DNA from: Ginglymostoma cirratum
Taxonomy: Eukaryota
Length of the DNA stretch: 64,000 bases
Assembly (NCBI GenBank): GCA_024137785.1
Contig: JAHRHZ010000045.1
Location: forward strand, 21,251,288 to 21,315,287
Direction: 5' to 3'
Made by a program: the position numbers and the translations under genes. Below the pieces are notes generated by a model that was not told the origin of the DNA, did not search any database, and worked only from the letters and a program-made list of their open reading frames with translations. Positions 39,901 through 51,900 of this stretch are shown here, one piece after another. The first letter of the stretch is position 1, and each line of letters starts with the position of its first letter.

Positions 39901-42900
39901 GGATCTGGAAATGTTGTTAGCACAAGATTCTAACAGTGTTTCAGCTCTGTGACATTTTATCAGAACAGCATGATCTCAGTGGATCATAGGTGCAAATGCT
40001 AGTGATGTGATAATCAGAGAGAATTGTGATAAATAGGTTGTATTTAGTGGCTATATTTAAAATGTACTAGTGTTTGATTTAATTTTAAATGTAATCATGA
40101 ATTAAATTTTGATCTTGAAGTAAAGGTTTTAGTCCTGTTACAATTCAGACACTTGATCATTTATGTATTGTCTTGAAGTCTTCAGCATAAGTATGTTTTG
40201 TTAAACTAACAATGTGATTTAGCTTATTCAATTTAAAAAAAACTGCAGATGGTGGAAGTCAGAAACAAAAAGAAATTCGTGGGAAGGACAGTTCTAAAGA
40301 AGGATCACTGGACCGGAAATCTTAACTCTGCTTTCTCTCCACAGATGCTGCCAGACCTTAGATAACAAGGCGTGGGGCTGGATGAACACAGCAGGCCAAG
40401 CAGCATCATAGGAGCAGGAAAACTTGACGTTTTGGGCCGAGACCCTTTATCAGAAATGGGGGAGGGGAAGAGGGTTCTGAAATAAATAGGGAGAGAGGGG
40501 GAGGCGGATAGAGGAGAGGATAGGTGGAGAGGAGGCAGACAAGTCGAAGAGGCGGGGATGGAGCCAGTAAAGGTGAGTGTAGGTGGGGGGGTAGGGAGGA
40601 GATAGGGCAGTCCCGGGCGGACGGACCGGGCCCGGGGGCGGGCGGCGGTTCGGAGCTCGGCGGGGGGGGTGGGGCTTGAGGTGGGAGGAGGGGATAGGTG
40701 AGAGGAAAAACAGGTTAGGGAGGTGGAGATTAGCTGGGCTGGTTTTGGGATGCGGTTGGGGGAGGGGAGATTTTGAAGCTTGTGAAATCCACATTGATAC
40801 CATTGGGCTGCAGGGTTCCCAGGCTGAATATGATTTGCTGTTCCTGCAGCCTTCGGGTGGCATCACTGTGGCATTGCAGGAGGCCCAGGATGGACATGTC
40901 GTATGAGGAATGGGAGGGGGAGTTGAAATGGTTCGCGACTGGGAGGTGCAGTTGTTTGTTGCGGACTGAGCGCAGGTGTTCTGCAAAGCGGTCCCCAAGC
41001 CTCCGCTTGGTTTCCCCGATGTAGAGGAGGCCACAACGGGTACAGCGGATGCAGTATACCACATTGGCAGATGTGCAGGTGAACATCTGCCTGATGTGGA
41101 AAGTCTTCTTGGGGCCTGGGATTGGGGTGAGGGAGGAGGTGTGCGGGCAGGTGTAGCACTTCCTGCAGTTGCAAGGAAAAGTGCTGGGTGTGGTGGGGCT
41201 GGAGGGGAGTGTGGAGCGGACAAGGGAGTCGCGGAGGGAGTGGTCCCTCTGGAAGGCAGACAAGGGTGGGGAGGGAAAAATGTCTTTGGTGGTGGGGTCT
41301 GATTGCAGGTGGCGGAAGTGTCGGAGGATGATGCGTTGGATCCGGAGGTTGGTGGGGTGGTATGTGAGGACGAGGGGGATTCTTTTTTGGTTATTATTGC
41401 GGGGACGGGGCGTGAGGGATGTGTTACGGGAAATGCGGGAGACTCGGTCGAGGGCGTTCTCGACCACTGTGGGGGGGAAGTTGCGGTCCTCGAAGAATGA
41501 GGACATCTGAGATGTATGGGAGTGGAATGTCTCATCCTGGGAGCAGATGCAGCGGAGGTGAAGGAATTGGGAATAGGGGATGGCATTTTTGCAGGAAGGT
41601 GGGTGGGAGGAGGTGTATTCCAGGTAGCTGTGGGAGTCAGTGGTCTTGAAATGGACATCGTTTTCTAGGTGGTTACCCGAGATGGAGACAGAGAGGTCCA
41701 AGAAGGAGAGAGAAGTGTTGGAGATGGTCCAGGTGAACTTCAGGTTGGGGTGGAAGGTGTTGGTGAAGTGGATGAACTGTTCGAGCTCCTCGTGGGAGCA
41801 TGAGGCGGCGCCGATACAGTCATCAATGTAATGGAGGAAGAGGTGGGGTTTAGGGCCAGTGTCGGTACGGAAGAGGGATTGTTCCGCGTAACCTACAAAG
41901 AGGCAGCCATAGCTTGGGCCCATGTGGGTACCCATTGGCCACCCCCTTTGTCTGTAGGAAGTGGGAGGAATTGAAAGAGAAGTTGTTGAGGGTGAGGACG
42001 AATTCGGCTAAGGATGAGGGTGTCGGTGGAGGGGGATTGGTCAGTTCTGCGGGACAGGAAGAAGCGGAGGGCTTTTCAAAATCTCCCCTCCCCCAACTGC
42101 ATCCCAAAACCAGCCCAGCTCATCTCCACCTCCCTAACCTGTTTTTCCTCTCACCTATCCCCTCCTCCCACCTCAAGCCCTACCCCCATCTCCTATCTAC
42201 AAACATCATCCCGCCCCCTTGACCTGTCCGTCCTCCCTGGACTGACCCATCTCCTCCCTACCCCCCCACCTACACTCACCTTTACTGGCTCCGTCCCCGC
42301 CTCTTCGACTTGTCTGCCTCCTCTCCACCTATCCTCTCCTCTATCCACCTCCCCCTCTCTCCCTATTTATTTCAGAACCCTCTTCCCCTCCCCCATTTCT
42401 GATGAAGGGTCTCGGCCCGAAACGTAGAGTCTCCTGCTCCTATGATGCTGCTTGACCTGCTGTGTTCATCCAGCCCCACGCCTTGTTATCTCGGATTCTG
42501 CAGCATCTGCAGTACCTTTTATCTCTGCTGCCAGACCTTGCTGAGTTTTCCTAGCAATTTCAGTTTTTGTTTGCTCATTTTAAAGTTGGTTTTCGATTAT
42601 CAAGATTAAATGTTAAAACTGGGGAGTGGAATGTTATTCATCTCGTGCACTGCACTGTTACTACCAAATAGTCCCAAGAGGAGAGATTATTTTCATTCTA
42701 TGATAAGATCAGGACATTGCCGGCAGGGTCAGCACTTGTTGCTGATCCCTGATTATCCTAGAACTGTATTGTATTGCAACAGGTCTGAAGTCGTAGGTAG
42801 GTCTGACTAAAGGATGTTAGTCAACTAAAAGGTTTTACAGCAATCACTGATGGTGAGCATGAAACTGATTGTGTTGCTAAATTGTACGTTCCAGAATTAC

Positions 42901-45900
42901 CAATTGAAATTTAACTCCATGAGTTGTCATTGCTGGATTTAAATCCATGTCCCCAGAGCATTAGATTGGTTACTACTTCAGTAACATTACCATTGTACCA
43001 CAGACTTCGCTTGAATTCCACACACTTTCAAGTGGAATTTTCCTCCCAACACTTTGTCACAGCAGTGTTCCTCATTTTCAAATCTTAGAACAAACTCAAT
43101 TGCAATGTTGTGAAATGTTTGTTTTTCTCACCTTTGCTGCTCTGATCACTTGGATTATCATTGTTAATTTACCAGTGAATGGAAGAGACTATGTTAATGC
43201 TGCTTGAAGATGATTAATTTAAAACTGCAAGGTCATTATTTTCTTTTAGATATTTTCTGATCTGCCTGTTCAGAGATGTTATCATACCCCTCTGGAACAG
43301 GTGAGATTTGAACCAGGGTTTCCTGGTGCAGAGGTAGGACAGTACCACTGCACCACAAGCACCCTCATCATAATTTTCTATTTTACACCCAAGAGGTGAA
43401 GTTTGATTTAATGATTAATGGCAATGAATTGAGCTAACATTTTTATTGAAATGTTTATCTGTTCTATTTCAGGCTGCAATGAATTTCCCAAAGTTCTGTG
43501 AACCTGTACAAAAAGGAGATGGTAAGTTTTGGAGAAGAGAATGAGGATAAAATTCCATCTGAAAAATTGGTTTCAGTTAATCATTTCTATTTTAGGATTA
43601 TTTGACAATTGGGAAGTGTAAGTAGCATACATAAATATATACCTTGCTCTATCATTCATGTTGTACTGGGATGTGAATGCAATCGTGAATAAAAGAATTG
43701 AAAGAAAAGGTAACTGTGATTTCTAGGAATAGCTTTATTTTTCTAAAATTACTGATGGCCCAAATTCCTTTTTGAGCAGCTACTTAAGTCTGCTTTCTTT
43801 CAAAGGAGGGCATGACTGACCATACATGCTGCTATTTAATGACTAGTTGAAAATAAATACTGCTCTGCAAAATAAAGTTGATGTGCAGCAACTTGCAGTT
43901 GAACAAGGTGCCATCTAAAGATTCAGATGCGAGCTAACGGATTGTTTCAAACAATGCACATTCACAAATGGATCAGGATAATGAAGCGTACTCTCCCATC
44001 CTCGATGAATTTTGCAGAAGGAATGTGCTTTCCGCCCTCTTCCTAACATACAAAAAATCGCCAAATATTTTACTGAACCCCTATATCTTTTAAGACCATA
44101 AAGTGTTGGATCACTTTTAATCCTAAAATCACATTTGAGTAACTGTCATGTGATAGTCTAGGTTTGCCTTTTATGAGTTTGCCACCTTGTATTCTTCTCA
44201 AGATGGTCTCTTCTCTGGCACTAGTGTTCATCATGCTTCCAGTCTTTCTTTGTGATAAATTCTTTGATGCTAGGAATCTGCTTCCATATGACTTCTGCAT
44301 CTTTGTGATCAAACCTGTCTGAGTTACGAAACTGTAAACAGTGATACGTTTGCTGCTTGTTGCTGCTCCAAGTAGGCACGCATTAGATGTCAAATGTACT
44401 ATTTTTAGTTCCACTAGGTTAACATTTTAAATTCAGTGTTTCCACACTGCTTATGGAATAATAACAGCAACCAATATTTCTCTCTCTACACTACTTAAAC
44501 TAAATTTGAAATGAGCATATATATGATTGTTCATTTTACTTATAGCCAAAGAAGAGGATACCCGACGGCTGTGGAGAAACATTGAACCGCATCTGAAAAA
44601 AACAATTGAAACTGTTTATTTACGAGAAGTCTCAAGGTAATTATCTTTATAATTAATAAGCATAGTCACTCAGTAGTACTTTGGCAGCTAAAATTAGGGA
44701 AGTAAAGAGGAGCATCCCAGAATATTACTGGAATCAAAATCTATTCTTAAATATATGGCTAGCGTGGGTCTAATTATTCTTCACAGGCTGCAAACACTTT
44801 ATGATTGGTTTTACATGGTAGCTCAGCAGAGGTGTGACATGATTAAGATGACAAAGATCAAAGACCAATTACCAAGGCACTGACTGGTTAGGAACAGTTT
44901 ACTAGTGACTGCAATGTTGACTAAAAATGTTCACTTGACTTTCCTTAAGCTGGTCGTGTTAAACTAAAACAAGAGTTGAATATTTCCCATTTCCAGATTA
45001 TCCACATGATGCATCTCCCATACGTGCAAATCTAGTTACCTTAATTAAATTTCCTTCTGTCAGTCCAGTAGCTTTCACTGAATGGATGAAGAAATGCTAT
45101 CATTGACATACCAATAGACTCCTTTTTGTTTGTTTGTTCTTTTGTTCTTTCATTCTTAGTTGTAACATACTGTGTACACCCTAATTCAACCTGATAGAGG
45201 ATCGTGACCCAAATATTAAGTCTCTCAGCTTATTGTACTCAATATCCCTTGGATTCTTAACATGGTTTCTGTATGGAATGTGATGTGCTGAATGTATCCC
45301 AATTCAAGATGCTTGTTCTGTTTCTATCTAGCTGCTATGTCATTATTTAGGTTTACACACACTGTTTCAGAACAGACTTTCTTTTTTAAAAAAAAAAGCT
45401 TTGTGGAATACTTGTATTGTTAGCTAGGCAAGCATTTATTGCCTGTCCCTAATTATCTTTAAGAATACTATCCCATTATCTTTGTTTTTCTTATGATGCA
45501 CTGTTGGTGGTACTGAGGAACTAGTTGTAGTTAAGGACATATGTGGAAATATGAGAGTATAGTTTCATAATTGCCACACCATCCACCAATATAAACATTG
45601 GTTTCTCCAACAGTGGTTCATAGTGCCATCAGTGTACACCACCCACAAGGTACAGGCAACTCACCAAGTCTCTTTTTTTGATTATATATCCCAAACCTGC
45701 AACCTCAACCACCTGAAAGAACTCGAGCAACTGGCTCATGAGGACACCAACACATGGAAGATCTTCTCTAAATCATGCACATTCCTGAATTATAATTATA
45801 TCACCATTCCTTCATTGTTGCTGAGTCAAAGCCCTTGAGCTCCCTAGCTAACTGATGTGGGAGGACTTTACCACATGGACTGCAGGAGTTCAGGAAACTC

Positions 45901-48900
45901 ACCAATGCTTTCTGGGGAGCAATTAGCAATAGCCAATAAATGCTGAAGTTAACAATAACATCCACGTCCTATGAGTGACTTTGAAAAAGCTTGTTTGAAA
46001 TAAAACCTCCCAAAAAAAAATAGAATGCAAAAGCAATTGATTTTGTTCGAATTTGATTTTGATTTTGTGACGAAAATGTTATTTAGCTAAATATGTTATC
46101 CTGTATGTTTCAGTTCTCAATGGGAGAGGCTGCAGCAAGAAGGTAAAGAAGGTGGACAGCTGAAAGGTGAACCAACCCTGGTTTAGTTGACCAGAGGAAA
46201 CTTTTCTTTAATTGCAGCTGGTTGGATGATGAATTTTGTAATAGTGTGAATCGTAACCTTAAATTATAACTTAATTATATAAATTATGATCTTAATCAAT
46301 TTTGTAATGCCTATGGGATAAATAATGTACGATAATTATCTACTTTAGTTCATGTTGAATTGGCAGTTCAACATATTGCCACTTTGTATCCAATCCTTAA
46401 ACCATTCTTCTGGACAGAAATATTATAAAATCACTTACCTGTATTCCTGATTGAGCAGAAAAAGTGATAAGTGCAGAAAATGTTTTAGCAGGAAGCAATG
46501 ACTTGATTCGCTACAGGCTGAACCATGGAGAATTCCTGCCCACCTGAGGTCATTTTTGGTGTACTGACTTGCTTCACATCTTGAGCATGTGCTAGATTGT
46601 CTATTGCTTATCAGTGCTACTTATTTATATGTTTGAAGTGTTCTCCTGGTGGTTTATTGTTAGTGTTTTTTAAAAATCTATCTGCTCCCTATTATTGCTA
46701 TTGTGGAAATGCCAAGAAGGTTCACCAGACTTGTTCCTGGGATGGTGAGATTAACCCATGAAGAGACACTGGGAAAATTGGCCTGTATTCTCAAGAATTT
46801 TAAAGAATGATAAGCAGTAACAAAGGAAATAGGAATGTATAAAGAACTTTACTGCAGTTGTAAATGTCACATTAACTTAAATTTGAGTATTGTCAAATTG
46901 TGGTATTGATCATTTTTTAGATCAAAACGTTATTTCCATTTTCAATAACAAAAAGGCTGGACTTACTTCCAAATTGATCAGCTTAGTTGTCTATGATTCA
47001 AAAGCCTTAGTTTTCACACTGTCCTCTCCATTTTAAATTTGTGCCTATGAATTATTATCCTTTACCCCCTTTGAAAGTGAGTGCACTGAATTAATGAAAT
47101 TTCATATTATGCTATCTTTTGAATGCACTGGTATCTTTTGAATAGTGTTGCATTAGATTTCCAGATTTTCTTGACATCATAAAAGGAAATGGGAAGCATG
47201 TGCTTGTCAATTTCCTAACTAGCAATAATGTGCACACAGTATTGTGCTTTATACTACAGTTATATCTAGAAGAGCGTTGTAATAATTATCTGCAGTCTTA
47301 ATCAAAAGCAGTACCTGGAATGAAATATCCAAGATAGAAATTGAGCAAGTGTTATACTTCAGCACAAGTCCATCTCTGTCCACATAATTATTTTAGCTCA
47401 AGGTATGTATTTTGAAGGACTTCTCAGACTCAAGCCTTTTTCTTTGTTTTTAATGCTCAGGACTTTCTGCTCATGCACATGTTGAACTTCCATTTTACTC
47501 CAAATTCCTGCTGATTGCAGCCTACCTGTCCTCTTACAATCCTGCTAGAACAGACAAAAGGTTTTTCTCAAAGGTAGTTCAATCTATTTTTGTAATCTTA
47601 GCTTTTAATTGTTTTTATGAATGCATGTAGAATGTTTCCAGATTTTTTATTCCAATCAGGCGCTTTGGCAGAATCAGCAGAGAGAGAAATTGTTAATATT
47701 TTAGATGTGAGAACTTTCTTTGGAATCCTTACATTTCACGCTGTGCACGATAAAATGTACAAGTAGTGATGGTGTGGTTAACTGGTCAAGGAGAAATGTA
47801 ACAGCAATGAATCAAAAATGCAGTGCTTTAAGAAACTTGTTCTGCAGGGTGAACATTCTGAAATATGTTCAGGTTTGACATGCAAGGATGATAAATTTTT
47901 GCTGTCCTTGGGTAGATATGTTCTTTACCTTTTTGATTTAAGTTAGAAAAAATAAAATTTACAGCACTAACAGTTCATAATATTGGGAGTGATTATGCGG
48001 ATTTCCTCTGAAGATACTAAAACACTTTCAGAAGTATTAATTTAAAATAATCATATGGCTTATGAAAAGAAAATGAGTTGCTAGGTTACAGCGTAATTGG
48101 AAATGAACTTTCTTCCTCTCACCTGACTATTGCTTTTGTACAGCCTTGAGTAGGGATTGAGTTAACCCAGTTTTTGTCTTTGAAAAATAACTGCAGATTA
48201 TATGTATAGTTCTCACACATGGAAAATAAATTGATTAATGGGACAGTTAATTTTCAGGTTTAAAATTAAATGGCTCTAGCCAGTCTGAAAGGAAATGATT
48301 TGTGTTGCTTGATTATGATAGTGAGAGTTTCTACAATATTTTAGTAGGTAAAGAATAGCTAAAGCCAGTCTTAGTCCATTAGAGAGAGTGAGTGCCCAGG
48401 AATGATTGTGGTAAGTAAGTAAAGGGTGGAAGCTTTGAACAGGTATTTTGGTTGTCTTCACAGTAGAAGAAAAGTTTACAAAAGTAATTGAAAATCAGGA
48501 AATGATCAAGAGGAACAGGTGCTAGAAAATCTATTGGACTTAAAGGCAGACAAGTCTCCAGAACAGAGGCCTACATCTTGGGATTTTAAAAACAGTGACA
48601 CTGATATTAGACACATTGAGTTGTAGATTTTGAACAAGGGATGCAGTACGATGTGAAAAGGAATAGTTTTATACAATGGTGATGATGACATAGAGCATTC
48701 TCATAATCTCTGTTTCCACACTTTCATAGGCAATAATTTCAAAAGGAAATAGGATGGATGGTGAGGGGAAATAATTATGCAAGACTATAGGGATAGAGTG
48801 GGACGAACTAGATTACTCTGCAGGGAGTTGGCATGGAATCTGTGCTGTAATGACTTGCCATAATGACTGTATATTAAGTAAGTTTTGTATGGCTGTGTGG

Positions 48901-51900
48901 CATTAGTCAATATTAGCAAAAGGGCACTTTATTTTTAATTTCCTCTTGACCAACATGTTGCCTTTGACCATTATGGACTTACTGAGCTAAGTAGTAGATA
49001 GTAAATGGAGGGCCATAACAGCCGGCTTTATTTTTTTCCCTCAGATACACTGGTTCTATATTACAACATTATATATGCCAGTAAGTGTGTCGAAGGACTG
49101 AAGGAAGTGTTATAATATGTTGCAAACTGTGCTGCTGCTGTTTATGAAATCTAAATTGCATATTGGAGTATTTAGTTTTATTATTGACATTAAAATGTAT
49201 AGCTATAAATTTTTCTTAACATCTTGAGAATGGATGAAGGAGTAGAGACATGGTGATACCATTAAGACAATTGTTTACAGTTGTAAACTTTGCTCTTGAG
49301 GTTGTCCAAATTTAAAAAAGATTCAATTTTAGACTCTAGTAAGCTGGTTCACGTCATTGAGGTTGAGAGCATATCCTTAATGTCAGGGCAGCACTATTGT
49401 GACATCCCGACCTGAATAGCTCTGCAGAGCCAGTTATTTCAGGTGGTTAAAAATATGGTGCTTAGTGGTGCATTTATTTGCCTTTTGTGTGATATCGTGG
49501 AATTACTGAGCCTTGATAGAATGGAATATTCTTCTGATGTCTTTTTGAATGTTGTTCCAACAATACTGAAGATGACAAAGTAGTCTGCTTGCTTGGAACC
49601 ACCTTTTGATCCTTTGCCAGTGATACATAGGTGGTAGCATGTGTACCACCTACAAGATGCACTGCAATAACTTGGAAGGAACCTTTGACAACACCTTCCA
49701 TATCTACAATGCCTACTGTCTGGAAGGGCAAAGCAGCAGATGCATGGGAACACCATTGTTTGCTCCAAGCCACACAGTAAATTGACTTCAAACTGTATTG
49801 CCATCCCTTCATTGGGTCAAGTGCCTGGATCTCCCTCCCTAACAGCATTGTGACGTTTCTACACCCAAGGAATGTGGCAGTTCATGAAAGCAGGTCACCA
49901 TCACCTTCTGCAAGACAATTAGGGATGGGCAATAAACATTAGCCCAGCCAGAGATTCTCTCATCCCATCAGCAAATCAAATAAAATCTTTAAAAAAGAAT
50001 GTTAGTTGGGAGTTTTTTTTAGTAGACCAGGAAGGTTTACTTCCTTTTTCATAAGCACGACATGAAGCTTCATGATATTATGTTCATGTTATGGAATAGG
50101 ATTTGAATTCACAACTGCTGACTTTGAAGGTGAACATGCTATCACTGAACCAAGTCTGACACCTTAATATTTGGTTTGTGTTTCAGATCAAAATCATGCA
50201 TTTTGTTTCAAAGGGATTGTGTAATCTGTAGGGATTACCCTTGAGTTTGCAGGATTTGTGTTGGTAGGCTATTAGTACTTAATAATGAAATCTCTTGTTT
50301 TAATTGGAAATACTACTTTAATCTGATAGTATCTTGTGAATTAAGCAACATTGTGCATTTACTCTAAAATAGTTACAATCATAAACTTATGTTGATGTGT
50401 TGAAAAAAACATTTAAAGTTTGAGAAACAATTTTTTTTGTTGCATATATATAACTACCTTGAGTACTTAAGTGCTAAAACAGAAAATTGCTGCCGAAACT
50501 CAGCAGATGCTGCCATACCTTTTGAGTTTTACCAGCAATTTCTGTTTCTGTTTCAGATCTCCAGCATCTGTAATTCTTTGTTTTCTTACAATGTTTTAAG
50601 TTTTTTTTTTCTCCATGTTTTGTTTTCCAGCATCATGGGAAAATTAAGAAAACCTCATTCCTGAAAAAACATGAAAAGGTGATTATTTATATTGTTATTT
50701 TCTAAATCCCTGTTGGATCAATGTCTGTGTTGCAACTCGTATTACTCCTGAAATGGCACCAGTTTTACAGATGCTAACATTTACTAACTTGTGGATTATT
50801 CCAAATTTAATAATAATTTTAAATGTTACACTGTACACATCATAACATGGCTGGGGAAAATGCTTTCTTTAAAGAAAACTGATCAGTTGTGTGATGAAAT
50901 TGCACATTTTCTCTTACATTTCACATTGGTTTTAACATTGACTGGAATTGCTTTGTTTTACATCATGACCTATGCGGGGAAAATTCATTAGGTTTCCGCA
51001 AAGCTCTATTTAGGCAGTAATGCAAATTTTAGCATCAAGATATTTTGTTTGCAGTAGAACTAAAGGGATAGTATGGATCTTTCATACTTGGCTTTTTGGG
51101 TTATATTTCATTGTTGTTTGTTTTGGTGCTTGTAGTAAGGAGCTGCTTTCTTTTTCGCCCCCTTCTAATGTTGACCTATCCCCCATGAGGGAGATGTGGT
51201 TTGATATTTTTGGAGTTTAAATTCATCTGCGTTTCCAAGAAGCTGTCCTGACTGGGATATCCTGTTAATTGAGCGTAGTTACTGTATCCAACCTGTCTGT
51301 GTAGTTCAGTTTCACTTCATATTATCAAGTTATCATATTACTTAATAAATTGTGTAATGTTTGCACGTAATATTTATTACATTCATTAAAAATTACAATA
51401 GACTTTTGACTGGAAGTTCTGTGGTGAGAAACATATCTCCTGACTTCCCTGTCCACCGTCTGGAAGACAAGTCAGAAATATAGTGGAATTACAAGTACCT
51501 GGAATGGGAGCTGCTCCAACAATACTGAAGAAGCTCAGCACCATCCGTGACTAAAATAGTTTGCTTAATTGAAAACTGATCCATCCCCTTAAACATTCAC
51601 TCCTTCCATCAACACCCAAGGCCGTGTGTGCCATCTTACAAGATGCATTGCTGCAGCTCACCTAGTTTCCTTTGACAGCAGCTTCCAAAACTTACGCCTC
51701 TACACCCAGCAACAGAAGAGCAGCAGTGCAATGCAGCAACTCCACCTGCAAGTTCCCCAAGAAGCCATGTGCCTCATGATTTGGAATTATATATTACTGT
51801 TCCCTCAATATTTCTGGACAAAAATTCTGGAGCTCTCTCACTAACAGCTGTGTGGGTAGACCTACATCACATGGGCTGCAATAATTTGAGCAAGTGGCTC

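Noticed and set aside
40450-41658. 402-aa Pro/Ser/Thr-rich ORF overlapping the PLE ORF
   Set aside because: Alternative frame of C-rich PLE sequence. The homologous 3' UTR reads NLIPPP* in other copies, and here the stop falls in the suspect 40604-40670 patch.
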